In this document: one piece after another, positions 1-18,000 of the stretch
How positions within the stretch are numbered: the first letter of the stretch is position 1
Layout of the letters: every line of letters starts with the position of its first letter
Assembly: GCA_964057225.1 (NCBI GenBank)
Contig: OZ059895.1
Span: 7,440,001 to 7,504,000 of the forward strand
Direction of reading: 5' to 3'
From: Auanema rhodensis
Lineage: Eukaryota; Animalia; Nematoda
Length of the DNA stretch: 64,000 nt
Made by a program: the position numbers and the translations under genes
Notes under the pieces: model-generated
Told to the model about the DNA's origin: nothing
The model's database searches: none
Seen by the model: only the letters and a program-made list of their open reading frames with translations

Positions 1-912
1 TTTAGTGTTGGATTAGCCGGAATCAGAACTCAGGGTAACCTCTTCCAATTCGAATCTAAGCCAATTGTTGTTGTTTACTACAACGTTGATTACGTTAAGG
101 ACCCCAAGGGTTGGTTAAAATATTTTATCATATTCTATGTTATCGTTTATCAGGATCCAACTACTGGAGAAACAGAGTTCTCAAGGTTGCTCAAGATTTC
201 AAGCGCAAGGTTCAATTCGCCGTTTCCAATAAAGAGGAATTTGCCTCTGAAATCGAAACCAATGGTCTTGGAGAGAGAAAAGACTCTGATAAGCCTATTG
301 TTGCCATTCTTACCAACGAAGGAAAATACCCAATGGAAGTTGAATTCAGGTACATAATTAAGTTTATTAATGTTTGATATTTGTATTGTTCTAGTGTTGA
401 CAACCTTAAGACTTTTGTTGAGTCTGTTCTTGCTGGAGACGCCGAACCATACATGAAGTCCGAGCCTATTCCAGAGGAGCAAGGAGACGTTAAGGTTGCT
501 GTTGGAAAGAACTTCAAGGATCTCGTTCTCAATTCCGACAAAGATGTTCTTATTGAGTTCTACGCTCCATGGTGTGGACACTGCAAGACTCTTGCTCCTA
601 AATACGAAGAACTTGCCACCAAACTCAAGAACGAAGATGTTATCATCGCTAAGATGGATGCTACTGCCAATGATGTTCCCCCACTTTTCGAAGTTAGAGG
701 GTAAGTATTGCTTGTTCTATATGTCAATTTATGCCATCTATCACAGATTCCCAACCCTCTTCTGGCTCCCTAAGAACGATAAATCGAACCCAGTACCATA
801 CAACGGAGGACGTGAAGTTAAGGACTTCGTAAACTTCATTGCCAAGCGTTCCACTGATGGACTTAAAGGATTCGGAAGAGACGGAAAGAAGAAGAAGAAG
901 ACCGAGTTGTAA
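1..912 (+). CDS. pdi-3: Protein disulfide isomerase A3 (ERp57), 3' exons; gene starts before the window
   Basis: Spliced exons give a thioredoxin a' domain with [22 protein letters not shown] and RGFPT, and a C-terminal KKKKTEL ER-retrieval signal; stop at 910-912. Confidence 0.93.
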
Positions 913-1794
913 GATGTTTATAGTCTAATTTATTTTCTCCTATATTATGATGTGTGATAGCCTTTTGCAATTCTCATGCTTGTTTTAAAATTCACGGTTT
1001 CTATTTGACGGTTGTTTATGTTGTTTTTTATGGGAAATACTACTTTCATCCTTACCCACAAGTTTAGAATCACTTCATGTGGTCTTAATTTGGTTTGGCT
1101 CTTGTTAAATCGTTGATAATAAATATTTTCCACTATTCTATTTCAATATACACCTTCAAATATACCAATAAACATAAGAAAAAGACTATTTGAATTAGCG
1201 GGCCTGGTCCTACTGCGAATGTCACATCCTACAGGCGTGGCGGTTGCGTTGCGGCTTTGACATAAGAAACGCTCCGTAGTTTATAAAGTTAGAGCATGGT
1301 ATATATATGCATTAATTTATTCATGCCTTTATTTGCATATTTTCATTATAGTTAGTTTTTTTCAAGCTTATTATGCATTAATACATAGTAAGCAAAGCTG
1401 CTGTTAACTGGAAAGACCCTGCTGACTCGGATGTGTTTTAAAATGGGTAGTTAGCAAAATTAATCTACCATAGTCGCACACAGTTACTTGTATATGTCTT
1501 TAATAAGCAATTATTATTATAATTAATGATGTATAAAGATTTTTTACTTACTGAAATATTCTTTAAAGTTCACAGAAAATCACTTATCGTACTGTCTAAT
1601 CTTTTAAAATGCTATCAAAAACTGGAAAATCAACTGCGAGCAGGTGGTGTGCCGCTCTTAAAAATTTTTTTGTGGTTTTTTGTTTTCAAACATCCTCTAA
1701 TTATATTGATAGTTCGTAACTTTCTCTTCTGACCCAAAGCTAAAGTTCTTATCATTGGAGCATTTAGATCAGGACGTGTAGAATCCTGTAGCAA

Positions 1795-7659
<5,865 letters not shown>

Positions 7660-8035
7660 AAGCTAATTATGATTATAGTTTTAGGCTTAATATCCAGTTT
7701 TATTTCTGTAACAGGTATTAGATAATTAGATTTTCCCACATGTATCTACATGGTTATTCGTTGTGATTTCTTCCACTGTGACATTGCCAACCATTTAATA
7801 ATTGACATTATTATCATCAAAATGTATAGGTATCAACTTGCGGGTACGAGATACATATATTCGTGTAGGTCAAGAATGCCTTTCTTTATTCATCTGACAA
7901 ACACTAATTTTAATATTTCACAGAGTTTGTATATATCAAATTTGTTATGTTAGGTCTCTTTACAGGATGTTACATAAGTGATTATTAATGCTCACCTCAT
8001 ACATTACAAGGAAAGCTATTAAAAGCAGACCTTCC

Positions 8036-9961
8036 GTATTCGCATGACTGTAATAAACAAAATGATAGCATAGTATCATCCGTTGCCACAATTAATAAAA
8101 ATTTAGACCAATTTGTTTACTTCTAAGGTTTAATTTATTTGAAAAAAAAAGTTTGTCAAAGTTATAAAATTCCTTTTTGGATTTAGATTATATGAAAATT
8201 GGAAAATGATTGTTTAATTTTCATAAAATTAGAAATTATTATTATCTTCAAGTAATTATTTCCTTGTATTTCTTGAACATCTTATCTCTAATGATTCTTA
8301 ATGAATGATTAGACCTTTGGAACTTTGTAATATAAAACGGAACTTGGCTACAATCGCATTTAAGATTATAAAAATATATATTTAGTGATGATAATTAAAA
8401 ATTGTATACAAAGAACATGAAAAAGATGAAAATATTCTTCATTTGTCTAACTTTATTCGTATTTAGTAAGAATTTTATTTTATTTTTTATCTTTTTTTTC
8501 TAAAATAAGAATTTAGCAAAAGCATGTCCGGTTGGTTGGGTATATGGCGATGACTCGTATTGCTATAAGGTTTTTAATTCTTTCTATAATGTTTTTCTGT
8601 ACAAAGTATAATATTGAAGACGTTTGAAGAACAACGGAATAAAGATGAAGCGGCTTCGATGTGTAATAATCTTGGAGGAAATCTTGCGATGCCCACAAAC
8701 GCTTTTGTAGATTTCATAAAAACTAAAATTTTATAAAATTCATTAATTGTAGGCAAATGCTTTTCTGGCTCCAATATCTGGAACTGCTAAAGTTCTTTGG
8801 CTAGGAGTAAGATGCTATGGACACGCAATTTCCAGTTGTTACTATGAGGATGGAACTCAATTCACTAATCGTTCTTACTATAATTTTTTAGCAGGTAATC
8901 CAAAAAGTTCATATTCCAACTTGAATAGAGTAAGATATCCTTTTCACTGAGTTGAATTGAGAAGGCTGGAAACAGCATACGCTAATTGGCAGATTTTTCG
9001 CAAATTTATGATTTTTTTTTCGGGGAATTACTTCTATATTGACTGAACTTTGTTTTAATTTTTGGGTGATCGTCATCAATATGTTTGCACTACTTTGATA
9101 ACCTATGGAACTAATGCTGGTAAATGGAGAAGCACAAATTGTGTAGAAGAAACTGGAGGATATACATGCCAAATTCCATACAAAGGTGAGAAACTCGAAA
9201 TATAAATTTCTTTGAATTTTTTTTCAGTTATACCAACATGTCCACCTGAATATTCTCAAAATGGTGATTCATGCTATAAGGTTATAAGCATGGCACAAAC
9301 TTATGATGATGCTGAAGCTTTATGTTCAGCCAGCTGTGGCCATGTTGCAACTCCAAGATCAACGGCTGTAAGTCATCATTCTCTTGATTCTAAGTTCTAT
9401 TATGGAAATTTCAGGAAAATGATTACATTACGTCATTAGTTTCAAATTATTCTTATACTTCTGATTATGTACGATTAGGAATATCATATTATAACAAACA
9501 ATATTATGATGCAAATACAAATCAGCCAATTGCTTATAGAAATTTTGGTAAATTTCATTAAAATCTTCTGAGATTTTTCTTTTTTTAGGATATCAAAATC
9601 CAAATCTTGGTAATTGTGTTGGATTATCGCTAATCAATGATGTTGTTGCTAGAGGAAAATGGATTAATATTCGCTGTAATGTAAATATACCCACCATATG
9701 CGAAATTGGTATAGTTCAATTCAGCATTAACGGTAATTTTATTTAAAATTTTCAATATTTAGGTACAGGAATGTATCTTTGTAATATAGGGATCCCAACA
9801 GGTACCCCAACTCCAACTCATATCTGTACATCTCCATTCTATTTTGAGAATAATGGAACTGTATGTTTCATGTGGTGTATGAGTTCAGTAATGCTATTCC
9901 TTCTTCAGGTTTCATCTCCTTATTATCCAAATACATATAATGGAGAAACATGTACTTATAT
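8036..9961 (+). repeat. Duplicated segment, copy A (three near-identical blocks shared with 32404-34196)
   Basis: Blocks 8036-8586, 9167-9510 and 9803-9961 match 32404-32954, 33437-33780 and 34038-34196, including introns and upstream DNA. Confidence 0.93.
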
Positions 9962-10752
9962 CCTCAGTGTGCCTAAGGAAGAGAAAGTGATTATAGTCTT
10001 CAAAGAACTTCTACTTGATGAAAATAGTCAAATAGAGTTATTTGGCTCTAATACAGATTTCACTCCATTTAAAATGTATTTTTATGAGTGGATTATGGCA
10101 GTTTCGATGTTTTAGTTTTACAGCTTATATAGTGATTCTGATATTGGCTCACCATTCACATCGCCCAGTAATACGATGAAAATTATGACAAAACCATCAC
10201 AAGGGGGAAACAACCGATGGTCCTTTACTTTCTCATCATATCCCACCATCAATCCTACAGCTTCCCCAAGAGGGTCGGGTTGTAATGCTGGAATGTTGTA
10301 TACTAGTTCTAATCATATAGTAAGAATTGGCTTTCTATAATACATAATTTGGTTCTTTTCTTAGATTACAAGTCCAAATTATCCTAATAATTATCCATAC
10401 AATACTACATGCTATTACAACTTATCTGCTCCTGAAGGTCAGAGGTTACGAATGCATTCATTTTTTCCCAAAAAATATTTATTTTCTTCTAGAGTTTCTA
10501 TAACTTTCAATGATATTCGTATCAATGATGATGATGAAATTATCATTTATGATGGTACGTATACTACAAAGCCTGTTTTGAAAAGGTAAAACATTGATAA
10601 AAATAAAATATAAAGATTCAATTTTCAGAATTAGAGGCTACAATTCTTCAATGGCAAACATCGAATCTTCTCAAAAGTCTATGCTTGTAATTTTTTCGAC
10701 TGATGGAAAGCATAGTAATTCAGGATTTTCTGCAAGATTCATGGCTATATAA
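8417..10752 (+). CDS. Secreted C-type lectin (2 CTLD) plus 2 CUB domain protein, copy 1 (one acceptor looks mutated)
   Basis: Signal peptide MKKMKIFFICLTLFVF; CTLD starts CPVGWVYGDDSYCYK and CPPEYSQNGDSCYK; CUB motifs SSPYYPNTY and TSPNYPNNYPYNTTCYY, ending FSTDGKHSNSGFSARF; stop at 10750-10752. Confidence 0.8.
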
Positions 10753-10795
10753 GAATATAAAAATATAAAAATATATGAATATAATTATATTTATT

Positions 10796-11460
10796 CTAAT
10801 TCAAAGTTATTTTCAGCAAAAAAGCAATATCTTTTAAAATACAATGAAATATATCGTTATTCTTATCTTTTTGTCTATAAACAAATTCACATAGATGAGA
10901 TTCAATAAAATGCTCAGGTACCCCATTCATAGCTTTAAGTTTGCGCTTGGCCTTAGACCATAACCCCTCTACCATATTTGTACAAGCACTAGTGTCAAGA
11001 TCGACAAAATTGGTCGAATGATTGACGGTTAGATGCTTGTACCCCAAACCCATCTTACTAATGCCCATATAACCCCTCCAACAATCCGAAATAATAGTTG
11101 TTCCCTCATTAATAGCCTCTTTTATAGAGTTTTCTAGAAGCGCTGCGCTTCTATTTTCAACCTTGAAAAGAAAGCATTCCCTAGTTCCCTACATATGCCC
11201 CCAAAAATCCAAACTTGGTTTTTAATTACTCACCCGTATTATACTTCCTACGCGCAACCAAAGTTCCATCTATTTCTACAGTTTTTCCGGGTCCTCCAAT
11301 TTTCTCCTTGTTCATCAGAAGCTTAAATGTGGCTTCTTCTAAGTAGTTCGTCCAACCAACAAAAGTCGGCATAGAACCAATACCGAGTTCTTCATGCGCA
11401 AACTTCCAAGTGAGGAAATATTTTGCTCAAGCATAGATGAACATAATTATAGTGCTGTAT
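10796..11460 (-). pseudogene. Merlin / ISXO2-like (IS1595 family) transposase, decayed
   Basis: IGGPGKTVEIDG..RRKYN.G*..WIFGG, ISDCWRGY, HLTVNHSTNFVD, TNMVEGLWSKAK, HLCEF. In-frame stop, frameshift, and the usual IDE reads IDG. Confidence 0.85.
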
Positions 11461-11559
11461 TTTAGTTTGCTTTCATATTAATTTTAGCGTGCAAGTGGAA
11501 GCGCAACATCATTTGCATATAGCATAATAGTTATCTTTCATAATAACTATCTTTAATAA

Positions 11560-13153
11560 GTGGCCATAAATTCTCGGCACCCCCAAAAGTTTTCAATTTT
11601 TCTTATTTTAAAAAAAGTTTTTCTGTTTTTCACAATTATCCGAGTTTAATCTACTTCATTTAACTGTTTTGAACTTTATTCTCCAACTTCAATAGGTTTT
11701 CTCCACGTTTTAAGTCCAAAATTTTTATTAGAATGATTTATGGAGCATGAACAGATAACCAAAAAATTTTAAAATTTCAAAAAATCATAAAAAATATTTT
11801 CCGAACAAAAATAAAAAAGTTCTTCGTAAAAACAATACTTTGAACTATCAAGAAACTAAAAAAATACTTAATATCGTGTCCCATGTTCTCTAGCTTCAAT
11901 CACCGCTTTGCATCTTTGTGGCATTGATGCAACTAGTTTTTCCAGAAGTCTTCGTGGCAATTTCTTCCAGGTTTCCCTCAGGATCTTCATTTTTTCATCC
12001 GGTTTCTTGCAGTTCGTTCCTCTGACCCTCCACTTCAATATCGACCACAAATTTTCAATCGGCTTGAGGTCAGGGCTCTGTGGAGGCCAGTTCATCAGCG
12101 TCACCCCGTTACTAGCCATCCACTGTGTGTTTTGGGTCGTTATCCTGCTGATAGATGAATCCTCTACGAAATTTTGAGCGAGCGTATGGATACATTACAT
12201 TCTCCAGAATGTTTCTGTACCCATGTTGATCCATGGTTCCTTCAATTTGGTGCAAGGGACCAACTTCAGATGACGTGAAGGCTCCCCACACCATCACTGT
12301 GCCTCCACCAAACTTGGTGGTGCCAGTCGTGTATCTTCTATGGTACCTGAAGCCAGTGGGACGTCTGACTCTCCTTGCTCCACCATTCCCAGCCAACATG
12401 AACTTGCATTCATCCGTCCAGATGCATTTCTTCCATTGCTCCTGGGTCCAGTTCACGTGCTCCTTAGCGAATTCCAGACGCTTTTTGACGTTCCTCATAG
12501 AAAGTAGAGATTTGTTGGCCGAGGAGTGGGAACGTAACCCTTGTGCCAACAACCTGGTACGGATTGTCTTAGCGGAGCAAACGTTGGGCTTCATCAACTT
12601 CAGCTCTTCACGGATTTACTGAGACGTCGTGAAGGGATTAATAACAGCCAACCTTCTTATTACTCTGCCTTCTCGTTATGTGGCAGAATTTTGTCTTCCT
12701 TGATTCTGCAGTCTTCCGTCATCTCCAGAATGTCCTTTCCTGACAATATCTCCTACTGTAGACCTTGGGACACCCAGAAGACGTCCAACAGCAACTTGGG
12801 TCATGCCAGATGCATGTGCTTGTAGAACTGATTTTCTTAGATCTTCAGAAACAAAAAAACCCCTTGTCATGTTCTAAAATGATAAAGTAAGGTTTTGTCT
12901 ACAATTCAGCAAAATAATTATCAAAGTTCATGCTCCCTAACTCAAGATATAAATATGTAAATTTCCTTCCAAATATGGACGTCAGATATTTTTTCATAAC
13001 TTCCTTCCCATCGATACTTTGAGATTGAAACTGAAAATTCTAGAAGCCTGAACTACTACGAACTACATTATCCTGAAAATTACATTTTAAATTAAAAAAA
13101 AAATTTTTTTTTTCGTCGAGGCACCACCTGCCGAGAATTTATGGCCACGAGTG
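11560..13153 (-). mobile_element. Tc1-type (DD34E-family) transposon with frameshifted transposase
   Basis: TIR match GTGGCCATAAATTCTCGGCA (11560-11579) / TGCCGAGAATTTATGGCCAC (13129-13148). Right end ..GAGTG is followed by TA; the left terminal bases are missing. Transposase pieces: HTH, WTDECKF, VMVWGAF, QQDNDPKH, WPPQSPDLKPIENLW. Confidence 0.9.
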
Positions 13154-13320
13154 TACGTGCTACCCGTAGGAATTTCGAAAAAATATGCTAATTTTTCAAA
13201 TTTTTTAATTTTTTAAAAAATAATTACAAAATTTGAATATATTCAAATCTAATATTACAAAAAAATTTTTTATTTTTTTCATCTGAAAAAACTTTTTTTT
13301 ACCTATCTCAATTTTTTCTT

Positions 13321-13812
13321 TTTCGTTATGGATGTAGCACATTTTTTCTCATTTTAAAAGTGGTGTTTCTGCTCATGAAGCCCACCGAAAAATGAAAACT
13401 GTATATGGAGAATCTTCTCTAGCATACAGCACATGTAAGAGGTGGTTTGCCCGCTTCAAAACCGGCGAGATCAATCTTGCAGATCGTCAAAGACAAAAAA
13501 GCCCTTTTGTCCGTTTTCTGGAATGAAAACGGAGTTCTCTACTATGATTTTTTACCTTACGGTAAAACCATAGATGGAGAGTACTATTCTTAACAACTCA
13601 GAAGGCTCAATGCTGCCACTGAAGCTCGAGAGGAGTTCAGAAGCAGGGACGTTGTTTCACGACAACGCGCACCCTCACTGTTGTGCGAAGGCAGAACAAA
13701 CGCTCCAGGAGCTGGATTGGGAAGTTTTGAAGCATCCCCCTTATTCTCCAGACCTTGCGCTAACAGATTACCATCTGTTCAGGTCCATGGAACATAGTTT
13801 AAGAGGGGTAAG
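13321..13812 (+). pseudogene. mariner (DD34D) transposase remnant, 5' part, interrupted by the Maverick
   Basis: HTH (AHRKMKTVYGESSLAYSTCKRWFARFKTG), internal deletion, LSVFWNENG, HDNAHPH..HPPYSPDLALTDYHLFRSM; 34 residues between the last two Asp. Confidence 0.85.
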
Positions 13813-13852
13813 AGTAGAGAGCCGTGCAAAATTTACTAACCACGCCCCCAAA

Positions 13853-13967
13853 CAGCTGTCAAAAACATACTTTTGGGGGCGTCAGCTGCTAAAAACATAC
13901 TTTTGGGGCGCGTCAGCTGTCAAAAACATATTTTTGAGCGTCAGCTGTTAAAATCATATTTTAGGAT
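13853..13967 (+). repeat. Four 28-31-bp subterminal repeats, each starting with CAGCTG (mirrored in the right TIR)
   Basis: CAGCTGTCAAAAACATACTTTTGGGGGCGT and three variants. Confidence 0.9.
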
Positions 13968-14423
13968 CATGGTTCATGGATTTTCCTTTTTTAAATTTAA
14001 AAATCATGATTTAAAGCATGATTTTTTTTTTAAATCAAATTTAAATATGCTTTTAAATGTATGTATATATTTTTAATTATTTTTAAATATATTAAGTAAA
14101 AATAAAAATCTTAATTTTAAATATTTAAATTATATTTAAATTTTATATATATAAATTATATTTAAACTTTAAATATTTAAATTATATTTAAATTTTATAT
14201 ATATAAATTTTATTTAAACTTTAAATTTTATATATAAATTATATTTAAATATTTAAATATGTAAATTTGTTTTTTAAATTTTATTTATTTATTAAATTTA
14301 TTAATAATGTTTGTTTACTTGATTTGTTTATTTTTTATTGTATTGTGTTTGTATTGTTTTTATTTTAAAGAACAGTAAAATTTTTGCATGTATATCGTTT
14401 TGTTCACCGTACTTGTTATGGGT

Positions 14424-14629
14424 AATTCAATGGAACACATATCGAAGGTTAATTCGATAAGAACGATATGAAATACAAAATTCAATGGAACACATATCGA
14501 AGGTTAATTCGATAAGAACGATATGAAATACAAAATTCAATGGAACACATATCGAAGGTTAATTCGATAAGAACGATATGAAATACCAAAATTTAATGGA
14601 ACACATATCGAAAGTTAATTCGATAAGAA
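14424..14629 (+). repeat. 55/56-bp tandem repeat inside the left TIR, 4 cores
   Basis: Unit AATTCAATGGAACACATATCGAAGGTTAATTCGATAAGAACGATATGAAATACAA starts at 14424, 14479, 14534 and 14590. Confidence 0.93.
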
Positions 14630-15028
14630 TGACATTAAATTATTAATTTTTGAAATTACAAATTGTTATTAATTATATTTATTCTAACAAGTAAAGGTTT
14701 CAAATTATAATAAAAGATTAGTTTTAAACTTTATTTTACTAATATAACAATACAATAACTAAATAGAGCACACATTGAAGGTAAATACAATAAGATTAAC
14801 AAACAGTTGCGCTGACCTCAATGAAACGCATAAAGTTAATTTAATAAGAACTAATAACAAAAATTAATCCGACGGGGACAATAAAAACAGATGTATTCAA
14901 TAAGCTTATTTATTTTAAAGTTTATCGCAACTGCTAGTTTTGACAGCTGTACCCAAATCCATGTTACATAACAAATTACAATGCCAACAGCAATGTGTAG
15001 ACTGATGTATTCATTATATCAAGGTACA

Positions 15029-18000
15029 ATGGCTGCTAATAGGTTGTGTCTTTTTGATTATTTGTTTGTAAACTTTTTCTTTTTTTAGTTATAAACGTTT
15101 ATGTGAAGAGCTAGGATTTGATTATGAAGAAATCAATCAGCTCAGGTAATTTAACAATATTTTGAATCTTTATATATATTTTGTTTTTTAGTAAACGTAT
15201 AAAGTTTACCGAGGCTGGTGGGATCGAGCTCTGTGAGCCCACATCACCCACTTTTAACAGTGGGCCCTCATCATCAAGGGTTATTGAAGTAATAACCTTG
15301 GATGACAGTGATGAGTAAGCGATATTAAAAATTATAACAATTAGTTTTTTCTTTTTAAGCGAATGGGATCCTGCTACCCCATCAACCAGTGGAGGACAAG
15401 TCGGATATGGAGCGGCATTCAACGATGTCTGTAAAATAGAGGTGCGATCTTTTATTTACATATCATTTCATAATATATCTTTTGAAACATGAAATTTTCT
15501 CTTGCTCCAATTGCATATTTTGAAAACATTTTGAAATTTATTTCTCTTTTTCAATTGCTCTCTCTCTCATCTTTACATTTCATCTCAATCTATATCTTTT
15601 TTCAAACAAATTGCAAGTATTTTGAAATTTACATATTCATTCTTTTGAACAACATTCATTTTAAAATCTTTACATTTCATCTCACTATCTATCTATCTTT
15701 CCTCATCTATCTTTCTTTCAACCAATTTTGAATTCTTACAAATTATAAATATTTCAAACATTTTGAACTAGTAAAATAATAAAACACAATCTTGACCTTT
15801 TCATTTATTTTTTAACATTAACAAATGTTTATAAAAGTTTTTTCAAAGTTGAAAAAAAAAAAAAAAACTTTATATTTAAAAATCAAATGCCATTTATTTT
15901 TAAACATTAATAAAAATAATTTAAAGAAAAGTAAATTTATAAAAAGTTATAAACAAAAATTATTTATATTTAAACTAAAAGCGTATAACCATTATAAAAA
16001 GTGTGTATTATAGTGGTCACACCGACGCATAAAACGAACTGGTCGGTTCACCAACGTGGTCGTTAGATCGCTCACGTTCCCACATTTGGAAGCCATTGAT
16101 GAGCCAATGCATGTTGTCATGCCGCGGCTATTTAATGAGTTTCTTGATCGGTGCCTTGCTGAAAGTGGTGTGCCAGATAAACAAAAAGCACTATTTTGTT
16201 TATCAATAGAGCACCCATCCTTTGAAAAGGGATCCATATTTATGGATTTCCGTAGAAGGGAGCATTTGGATGGCGTTGCCATCATGAATGCCATCAGCAA
16301 GGTACAGCAATCAAAGCGAGAGGCTGTAATTAGCCAGGCAATGAACATTGAAATGTATGTGTTTGATGAGAGACCAGTGCAGCCAAGCCTGATGCCTGGT
16401 GAAGGTAGAGTTGGTTTCTATTTTGATGCCGAACTCAAGATACCTGGCACAATTGAGAACACTGATACACATTGCCTGGCTAGAGCAGCAGTTGTGGGAA
16501 TGTGGAGAGCCGATGAAGAGGCAGCAGAAGATGTTGTTGAGAAGCGGAGGATTCAAAATCTTCGTCGCAACTACATCTTGTTGCCAAATCAACCACATCA
16601 TATCAATTTATTGAATAGGTGTGGTATTTCTGTACATTTACCAAATTATAATTTGAACCATTTAAATATTATTGCAAGTTGTAATACAGACTATAAGTTT
16701 GTAGTATACGCTAGGCCACCTGGACAGCGTATGTACGCTATTCAGCGTATCTTTAATGAAACGGCTAGCAAAGTGGTAACACTAGGCTACCGAAATAATC
16801 ATTATGACTGTATTACAACTTGTAGTAGATCACAGATTTTTGATGGTATTATATGCCAACACTGTAAATTATCTTACAAAACAGTGTTGCATAGATGTAA
16901 AGCCAAGTGTAAGAAATGCCACACCTTAAAATGTAATTCGATGGAAAATGTGGTTGAGAGTAGCATAAGATGTGATAGTTGTAGAGTTTTGTTCAAAACT
17001 CGTCAATGCTTTGACAGGCATATTAGAAAAACATGTCGAATGTTTAAGGTAATTTAAAAAATATATATAAAATTTTACAAGACTAAATTCAGACATGTGA
17101 AAACTGTGATCATTATCACAGAGTACGTGCTGATAGACCGCACAATTGCAATGAGAAATTTTGCAAAAAGTGTGGGCAAACAAAGCCTGAAGATCATTCT
17201 TGTTGTTGGGTACCACCTAACGACAAGAAGAAGGATCAGTTAAAAAAGAGGCAAGAAAAATACAAGGTTTGTATTTTACATCTTTACAAGTGTAATGCTT
17301 ACTTGTTTAAGATTATATTCTATGACTTTGAAACGGTTGTGTTAAAAAACGGTACAAATGTTCATGAATATGCAGATGAACAATGGCCCAATATGGTTGT
17401 GTATAATAAATTTTGTGAAAGTTGTATAGATGCCAACTCATGTGAAAAATGCACAACCAAGGAGGGCCATTTTGGGTACCAACAAGGTGATAGTGAATGG
17501 TCTGTAACAGATCGTTTCCTTGATTGGTTACTCAACTCTGTTGAGAATGATAATGCAATTTTGATTGCGCATAATGGTTCACGCTTTGACATACATTTCT
17601 TGGTGTCTAGGCTGATAAACCGTGGTATATATCCTGATCCAATTTTAAATGGGACCAAGATTATAAGCATGGTTGTCAAGCCTTTAAGAGGTCAAAAATT
17701 TAACCATTTATATTTTAAAGATAGTTATTTATTAGTGCCTTTACCCTTATCAGCGTTACCCAAGGCATTTGGTGTACCTGATATGAGTAAAGGACAGTTT
17801 CCTTACCTCTATAATCACCCAATAAATTATGGCAAAGTGTTGCCATCTTTACCACCAAAACAGTACTATTGTACTGCTAGAATGAAAGCAGAAGACCTAG
17901 CTTCATTCGATATTTGGTATGAAGAGCGTAATCAAAGAGCGTTTGATTTTGATGAAGAGCTTTTGGAATATTGTAGGACAGATGTCCGTATTTTAACCAA

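Larger units (their letters stand above)
13813..14821 (+). repeat. Maverick left terminal inverted repeat (about 1009 bp)
   Basis: Reverse complement of 28551-29549; homology ends at ..CAGTTGCGCTGACCTCAA. Confidence 0.93.

Noticed and set aside
13154-13164. TACGTGCTACC as the remnant 5' TIR of the Merlin element
   Set aside because: No partner TIR or TSD found at the other end.
13574-13951. 125-aa ORF as a mariner-Maverick fusion gene
   Set aside because: Chance read-through from a dead mariner into TIR repeats; the KTYFWG repeats are translated 30-bp units.
14424-14629. Palindromic repeats resembling a CRISPR array
   Set aside because: Units are contiguous with no unique spacers, lie in both TIRs of a eukaryotic element, and no cas genes are present.
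15089-15240. Possible Rb-binding LxCxE motifs (RLCEE, ELCEP) in the pPolB leader
   Set aside because: Spacing does not fit L-x-C-x-E.
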